From positions 352,001-416,000 of the forward strand of contig CBDCSU010000006.1 in assembly GCA_965221775.1 (NCBI GenBank): a stretch of 64,000 nt of DNA, given 5' to 3'. Within the stretch, counting starts at the first letter, position 1. The number at the start of each line of letters is the position of its first letter. The position numbers and the translations under genes are program-made. Shown one piece after another: positions 58,399 to 64,000 of this stretch. The DNA comes from Candidatus Latescibacterota bacterium. GTDB taxonomy: Bacteria > Latescibacterota > UBA2968 > UBA8231. The notes beneath the pieces are model-generated. The model saw nothing but the letters and a program-made list of their open reading frames with translations, had not been told where the DNA came from and ran no database searches.

Positions 58399-61300
58399 AT
58401 GCGTCTCGCCCTCTCGATGGCCCTGGTGCTGCTCAGCACCTTCCTGGCAAGGGCCGACGAGGTACCGCGGAACCACTTTTCCGGCATCGTCCTGGACGAC
58501 CCCATTCCCGCTGCCTTCGAAACGGGGCAGACCCTGCCGCTGTCGGGGAGCGTGGAGGACGACGGCATCTCCTTCCTCCGCTTCTCTTTTCTCGGTGTCG
58601 ACAGCCTCGAGCTGGATTTCTGGTGCTGGGTCGTCGACGGCCGCTTCGAGAGGGAAGCCGTCTTCGCCCACGGCGCGGCCGGCGAGTTCGACCTGGTGGT
58701 CCATGCCCAGGACGATGACGGGACCGAGTCCCTCCTGGGACGATTCGACGGCCTGCGGGCCGACCGGGGGGAGGGAGCGGTGGCGCTGCCCCGGCGCTAC
58801 TTCCCGCTGGTCCATCTCGATGAGCCGCTGCCGACCCGCCTGACAACCGGCGAGGCCCTGCACGTGGCCGGGTCTCTGCAGGACTACTACTCGCCCGCCG
58901 ACATCCTCCTCCAGTTCGGGTCCGAGGCGGAGTCGTACTGGTACTACTTCTTCCTCGTCGATGGCGGGCGCTTCGAGCGCACCCTGCTGCTGCCGCGGGA
59001 AGCGGAGGAGGCTTCCTTCCTCCTCCTGTACGTCGTCCCGCGGGAAGGCGAACCGGTGGTCGTGGGTGCCTATACCTACTTCGATGTCCGCCGCGGGGCC
59101 GGTCCCGTCGAGATCCCCCGACGGTTCTTCAGCGGCCTGGCCTTCGACGAGCCACTGCCGCTGCGATGGCCGGTGCAGCGTCCGCTGATCCTGGCCGGCC
59201 AGGTCGATCCCTCCGTGCGCGGTTTCTGGTTCTCCCTGGAGCCTGTCGACGGCGGCCGGCGCCGCCTGGTCTTTCCCGGCGTGGAGGACGGACGCTTCCA
59301 CTACCCTGTGCGGCTGAGGCCGGGGGAGACCGGCCCGTTGCGTCTGACCGGGATCCTCCAGTTGCAGGACGACCGGGTCTGGCCCGCCGGCGAGATCGTC
59401 ATCGAGGGCGTCGATGCGTCGCTCCCCGACCTGGAGGTGGGAGTGCTGGCCATGTCGCTGCTGGCCGGCGGGCAGGGCCGGGTCCCCCTGTTCAACCGGG
59501 GGGACGCCGCCGTCGAGCTGGGATCCCCCGAGGTGGAAGGGCCCTTCGAGGTCGAGGGCTTCCCCTCCGTGCTGGGGCCCGGCGAGGCCGGCGAGATCGT
59601 GGTGAGGTACGACGGCCCGGGGGGCGACGAGGGGCTGCTCACCCTCGTCAGCGACGATCCCTTCCGGCCCCGGGTCTCGATCGCCCTCTCGGGGCTGGAG
59701 GTCCAGGGAGCGGCCGCCGACCTCGTGCATCTGCGGGCCGACGCCTCGGGGCGCATCGAGTCCGGCGTCGATCTGGAGGAGCGGGATCTGGTCCTCGCCC
59801 TGTACGCGGCGCCGATGCAACGCTTCAACCCGTCGAGGGCGTACGACATCTCCCTCGACGGCTCTTCCGCCCTGGCCAGGCCAGCGGCGGCGACGCCGCC
59901 CGACCGCCGCGATTCCGTCGACTACCGGGCGCGGCAGCTCGAGCGGACCCTGTCGCTGCGGGTGCAGCAACAGGGGCTTTGGGCTGGCAAGCCGGCGGCG
60001 GTGCAGGACGAGGTCGGCGACAGCCGCGTCTTCCGCTTCGCCGGGGAGAGCGGCGTCTCGGCGCGGTCCTTCAGGGCGAGGGTGGCGGCGGTCAACGAGC
60101 GCGTCGTGGCCTGGGTCCAGGAAGACATGCGGGAGGACGACGACAACATCGACGAAGGGCGGATGCAGGCGATCATCGACCAGTTCGCCGAGGACTACCC
60201 GGTCGTGGTGGAGGCTTTCGGGACAGCTTCCGACGTGGACGGGGACGGCCGGGTCGCGGTCCTCGTGACCCACCTGATGGAGGATATCGGCGCCGCCGGA
60301 CAGTTCCGCGCCTCGTCGCTGCTGCCCCGGTCCCTGGGCGGGGACGGCAACCTGACCGACCTGCTGTGGGCGAACCCGCTCGTCCCCGAGGAGTCCTGGC
60401 GGTCCCTGCTGGCCCACGAGCTGCAGCACCTGATCAGCTTCAACCAGCACGTCCTCGTGCGCCAGGGAATCAGCGAGGAGCCCTGGCTCAACGAGGGGCT
60501 GTCGCACCTGGCCGAGGACCTGGTGGAGGAGCCGCCGAACGAGAACTACCGGCTCGTGCGGACCTTCCTCGGCGAGCCGGCCTCCGTGGGGCTCAACCGG
60601 GGCATCCTCACTTTCGCCACGCGCGGGGCGGCGTATCTCTTCGTCCGCGGTCTGGTCGACCTGCTCGGGGAAGGGGTGCTGCTGCGCCTGGTGCAGACCG
60701 ACCGCATCGGCCGCGAGAACGTCGAGGCCGCCACCGGCGAGAGCTTCGCCGACCTGATGGCCCGCTGGGGGGCGCAGCTCTACATCAGCGGCACGGGGCA
60801 GAGCCGCCACCCGAGGCTCAACTACAGCGTGCCCTCCCTGCAGTCTCCCGATGGCCGCGGCTTTCCTCCGCCGGTTCCGGTGACCTGGAGGCTTGGCGAA
60901 GAACCGCCCGGGCTGGGGGTCCGGCCCTGGGGCCTGCAGTTCCTCCACGTGACGGGCGACGGCCGCGGCACCCTGCGGCTGCAGACCGAGGCCAGGGCCC
61001 GCCTGGGAGCGGTGCCGCTGGCGGTGGCCAAGGCCGCGGCAGCCGCCTCCATGGCCGCGGACCACTTCGCCGGCATCACCTTCGACTCGACGCCGCCCCT
61101 GGAGCTGACCACCGGTGATCCGCTGCTCTTCGAGGGGACCACGGCCGACAGCGTCGAACAGATCCACCTGGAGTTCGTCCCCGAGGAGGGCGGCGAAGCG
61201 CAGACCTTCTTCATGCTGGTCGACGGCGGCCGCTTCGAGCGCACGATCTACTTCTTCCACGAGGAGGCCGGGACCTACACCCTGAACGTCTACGTCCCGG

Positions 61301-62010
61301 ACCGGCGGCCGACGCCTTTCCTCGGGACCTTCCGTTCCCTGCGCGCGGCCCGGGGCGAGGGTCCGGTGCAGGTTCCCACCCGCTACTTCAACCGCGTGCG
61401 CCTGGACCGTCCCCTGCCGACCTCGGTCCACGTCGACCGGCCCCTGCCCATCGGCGGCGAAGTGTCGGATGCCGAGGCCACCCTGATCGAGTTCTCCCTC
61501 CGTCCTCTCGACGCGGAAGGCGAGGTCAAGCCCGGCGTGGAGATCACCCGGAGCCTGGCGGTGGAGGCGGGCCGTTTCGGCGGCGAGGTCCGCTTCGATG
61601 AAGTCCCGACCGGCCTCTACCGGCTCTCGGTGAACCTGGGTCCGGCCGGTGACCTCACCTACGTGGGGGCCGTGACCTCCTTCGAGATCCTGCCCATGGT
61701 CACGTCCCTGGAGCTGGCCGCCGGGCCCCCGGCCTTCGCCCTCCACCCCAACTACCCCAACCCCTTCAACAGCCGCACCCACCTCTCCTTCTCCCTGCCG
61801 GAGGACCAGCCCTCGGTGGAGCTTGCCGTCTACGACCTGCTGGGCCAGAAGCTGGCGGTCCTGGCGTCGGGGGCGCGGGAGTCGGGATTCCACTCGGTCG
61901 AGTGGGACGGCCGCGACGACGAGGGGCGGTCCCTGGCCAGCGGATCCTACCTCTACCGCCTGCGCGCGGGGCCGCATCGGGGGGTGGGAAAGCTGCTGCT
62001 GCTGCGTTGA
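58399..62010 (+). CDS. Large secreted Zn metallopeptidase with repeated Ig-like units and FlgD-Ig C-terminus
   Basis: Signal peptide MRLALS; DVDGDGRV, AHELQHLI, WLNEGLSHLAE; NYPNPFN...SGSYLYRL; RBS GGAG. Confidence 0.85.
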   Translation: MRLALSMALVLLSTFLARADEVPRNHFSGIVLDDPIPAAFETGQTLPLSGSVEDDGISFLRFSFLGVDSLELDFWCWVVDGRFEREAVFAHGAAGEFDLVVHAQDDDGTESLLGRFDGLRADRGEGAVALPRRYFPLVHLDEPLPTRLTTGEALHVAGSLQDYYSPADILLQFGSEAESYWYYFFLVDGGRFERTLLLPREAEEASFLLLYVVPREGEPVVVGAYTYFDVRRGAGPVEIPRRFFSGLAFDEPLPLRWPVQRPLILAGQVDPSVRGFWFSLEPVDGGRRRLVFPGVEDGRFHYPVRLRPGETGPLRLTGILQLQDDRVWPAGEIVIEGVDASLPDLEVGVLAMSLLAGGQGRVPLFNRGDAAVELGSPEVEGPFEVEGFPSVLGPGEAGEIVVRYDGPGGDEGLLTLVSDDPFRPRVSIALSGLEVQGAAADLVHLRADASGRIESGVDLEERDLVLALYAAPMQRFNPSRAYDISLDGSSALARPAAATPPDRRDSVDYRARQLERTLSLRVQQQGLWAGKPAAVQDEVGDSRVFRFAGESGVSARSFRARVAAVNERVVAWVQEDMREDDDNIDEGRMQAIIDQFAEDYPVVVEAFGTASDVDGDGRVAVLVTHLMEDIGAAGQFRASSLLPRSLGGDGNLTDLLWANPLVPEESWRSLLAHELQHLISFNQHVLVRQGISEEPWLNEGLSHLAEDLVEEPPNENYRLVRTFLGEPASVGLNRGILTFATRGAAYLFVRGLVDLLGEGVLLRLVQTDRIGRENVEAATGESFADLMARWGAQLYISGTGQSRHPRLNYSVPSLQSPDGRGFPPPVPVTWRLGEEPPGLGVRPWGLQFLHVTGDGRGTLRLQTEARARLGAVPLAVAKAAAAASMAADHFAGITFDSTPPLELTTGDPLLFEGTTADSVEQIHLEFVPEEGGEAQTFFMLVDGGRFERTIYFFHEEAGTYTLNVYVPDRRPTPFLGTFRSLRAARGEGPVQVPTRYFNRVRLDRPLPTSVHVDRPLPIGGEVSDAEATLIEFSLRPLDAEGEVKPGVEITRSLAVEAGRFGGEVRFDEVPTGLYRLSVNLGPAGDLTYVGAVTSFEILPMVTSLELAAGPPAFALHPNYPNPFNSRTHLSFSLPEDQPSVELAVYDLLGQKLAVLASGARESGFHSVEWDGRDDEGRSLASGSYLYRLRAGPHRGVGKLLLLR

Positions 62011-62031
62011 AATCCGCCCGGCATCACGGGG

Positions 62032-62060
62032 TTGAAGATGTCGCCTCTCCTTGGTATGAT
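62032..62060 (+). promoter_or_regulatory. Sigma70 promoter with extended -10 for the HEPN pair
   Basis: TTGAAG-N17-TATGAT with TG upstream of the -10. Confidence 0.6.
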
Positions 62061-62082
62061 CTTCCTGTCCAAGGAAAGTCAT

Positions 62083-62346
62083 ATGGAACCCTCTGCAACG
62101 ACCATAGAGTCTGACCTCAAAGAGCTGCAGGAGCTGCCCACGCCCGTCGCTTCCTGGCAGGTAGAGACGGGCCCGGATGCCACGGACGATCCCTCCGTGT
62201 GGGTGTGGGTCATGCTCGAGGAGGATGATGTCGATCGCGGAACGCGGGAGAGTCTGCGGGACATCGTCCGCAAGGCCGTTCGACGGAGGGACGCTACATC
62301 CTGGGTCTATGTTCGATTCCGCGGAGCCCGGGAAACAACCACATAG
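62083..62346 (+). CDS. Small acidic protein, putative MNT-like partner of HEPN
   Basis: RBS AAGGA; DATDDPSVWVWVML...WVYVRFR; directly upstream of the HEPN gene. Confidence 0.6.
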   Translation: MEPSATTIESDLKELQELPTPVASWQVETGPDATDDPSVWVWVMLEEDDVDRGTRESLRDIVRKAVRRRDATSWVYVRFRGARETTT

Positions 62347-62352
62347 GGTTTC

Positions 62353-62859
62353 GTGCACCTCCATACAGACCTGCTGCGGCAGGCCCAACACCTCGCCGTA
62401 CGGGAGCCGAGGCGGCCCCTGCAGGCCAGCTTGCGTCGCGCGATTTCAACCTCGTATTACGCTCTCTTTCACTTGCTGGTGAGTGACGCAACGGGTCGTA
62501 TGTTCCCGGGCAAGGGTCGGGCCTCTCTTCGCTACTGCCTTGCACGGGCCTTCGTTCACGGGCACATGAAGACGGTGGCTCAGCAGTTCTCCAGGAACGA
62601 CATCTCCAAACTCACCCCTGCACTGAACGGAGAGTCCCTGCAGCCGGAGATCATCAGCGTCGCTGCGGCATTCGTCGACCTTCAACAGGCCCGTCACGAA
62701 GCGGATTACGACACGGCCCGTAGATTCACGAGAGGCGAAGCACTCACCCTGGTGGACCAGGCGCAAAAGGCCTTTGCCGACTGGAGAAGGGTTCGGAAGT
62801 CCATCCAGGCGGACACCTTTCTCGCGGGACTGCTCGCCTTTGACAGAATGCGTGTCTGA
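62353..62859 (+). CDS. HEPN-domain protein
   Basis: RRAISTSYYALFH and LQQARHEADYD, typical of RxxADY-type HEPN proteins. Confidence 0.8.
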   Translation: MHLHTDLLRQAQHLAVREPRRPLQASLRRAISTSYYALFHLLVSDATGRMFPGKGRASLRYCLARAFVHGHMKTVAQQFSRNDISKLTPALNGESLQPEIISVAAAFVDLQQARHEADYDTARRFTRGEALTLVDQAQKAFADWRRVRKSIQADTFLAGLLAFDRMRV

Positions 62860-62999
62860 GCGACGCTGCCCATCGTGCCAACTTGGTGCGCCTGAGGTGA
62901 CGCGACCCGGGGGGCTGGTGCGCTGACCATTTGGCAAGACCCCGTCCTGCAAGACCGCCGTCCGACCCCCTGTCTTGATCCCAGCCATAGTTAGCGGTC

Positions 63000-63788
63000 A
63001 TGGACTTCTACCACACAGCCGCGGACCTCTACGACTCCACCTTCGGCCAGGCGGAGCTGGAAGGCGAACGGGGCGACGTCGCCTTCTACGTGGAGGAGGC
63101 GCGGCGGGCCGGGTCGCCGGTCCTGGACCTGGCCTGCGGCACCGGGCGCGTCCTGATCCCGATCGCCCATGCCGGGGTGCCGGTGGTGGGCATGGACAGC
63201 TCACCGGCGATGCTGGCGGCGGCGCGGAAGAAGATCACCCGGCTCCCCGAGGAGACGCGGCAGCGCATCGAGCTGGTGGAGGGGGACATGCGCTCCTTCT
63301 CCCTGGACCGGCGGTTCGACCTCGTCATCATCCCCTTCCGCTCCTTCCTGCACCTGATGACGCCGGCCGATCAGCGGCAGGCCCTGGGCCGGGTCCGCGA
63401 ACACCTGACCGATGGCGGCCGCCTCGTGTTCAACATCTTCGATCCGCGGCTGGAGATGATCGCCTCCCACCTCGGACAGCCCGCCGCCCTGGAGAAGGAG
63501 AGCGACTTCACCCATCCGGAGACGGGCCGCCAGGTGGTCGAGTGGGTGAGGCGCCGCTTCGACGCGGCGAACCAGACGATCGACGAGGAGCGGATCTTCG
63601 AGGAGCTGGAGGCGGGGCAGGTCGTTTCCAGGACCCATGCGCCGATCAGCCTGCGCTGGGTCTACCGCTACGAGATGGAGCACCTGCTGGAACTGAGCGG
63701 CTTCGTTGTGGAGGCGCTCTACGGCGGCTTCGACCGCGGACCCTTCCGCCACGGCGGCGAGCAGGTCTGGGTGGCGCGGAGGGCGTGA
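63000..63788 (+). CDS. Class I SAM-dependent methyltransferase
   Basis: VLDLACGTGR, GMDSS, GDMRSF, HLTDGGRL. Confidence 0.92.
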   Translation: MDFYHTAADLYDSTFGQAELEGERGDVAFYVEEARRAGSPVLDLACGTGRVLIPIAHAGVPVVGMDSSPAMLAAARKKITRLPEETRQRIELVEGDMRSFSLDRRFDLVIIPFRSFLHLMTPADQRQALGRVREHLTDGGRLVFNIFDPRLEMIASHLGQPAALEKESDFTHPETGRQVVEWVRRRFDAANQTIDEERIFEELEAGQVVSRTHAPISLRWVYRYEMEHLLELSGFVVEALYGGFDRGPFRHGGEQVWVARRA

Positions 63789-63803
63789 GGCCCGGGCCCG
63801 CCG

Positions 63804-64000
63804 GTGAACCCGCCTCTCTCCCATCGCACCAAGGCCGGCTACGGGAGCGCCGACCTCGGCCTGGCCGCCGTCGAAGCGATGGTGCAGGTCTACCTCTTCA
63901 AATTCTACAACGTCGTCGTCGGCCTGCCCGCCCTCCATACCGGCCTCGCCCTGGCCCTGGCCATCCTCTGGGACGCGGTCAGCGATCCTCTCATGGGCGG
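63804..64000 (+). CDS. MFS/GPH-family transporter (3'-partial)
   Basis: GTG 63804: KAGYGSADLG...FKFYNVVVGL...WDAVSDPLMG, a MelB-like N-terminus. Confidence 0.8.
   Translation, partial: MNPPLSHRTKAGYGSADLGLAAVEAMVQVYLFKFYNVVVGLPALHTGLALALAILWDAVSDPLMG

Noticed and set aside
62870-62940. TGCCAA...TTGGCA imperfect inverted repeat after the HEPN gene
   Set aside because: Short and imperfect, with no second copy or target duplication to support a MITE or ncRNA

Overview
Very GC-rich bacterial chromosome segment. Its gene content (PhyH dioxygenases, many Gfo/Idh/MocA and SDR oxidoreductases, ankyrin/WD40/YWTD/HEAT/LRR proteins, secreted proteins with NxPNPFN FlgD-Ig/T9SS-like domains) resembles Latescibacterota/Gemmatimonadota/Poribacteria-type marine or sponge-associated bacteria; this is inference only. 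Core blocks: topA 3' end, a xerC-like gene, pheA, tRNA-Cys and tRNA-Leu(TAA), a pncA-pncB-aminotransferase-nadE NAD salvage operon, sucA-sucB-lpdA and purL. Accessory blocks: an integrase-free region downstream of tRNA-Leu (about 4.5-15.4 kb), three toxin-antitoxin-like pairs (HipBA, VapBC-like, HEPN plus small partner), and a lower-GC two-gene insert (stand-alone Schlafen/AlbA_2 domain plus an unknown partner) abutting lpdA, which is the best candidate for an undescribed defence system. Other oddities: the XerC lacks most catalytic residues; one PhyH enzyme has a halogenase-type HxG motif; an ECF sigma-TPR gene is frameshifted and coupled to a PcfJ gene; PurL and NadE both carry in-frame tandem expansions in their interdomain linkers; a degenerate copy of an aldo-keto reductase segment lies on the far side of a large secreted-protein gene. 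No CRISPR array, rRNA, transposase or reverse transcriptase was seen. All product calls come from motif recognition by eye, with no database searches.
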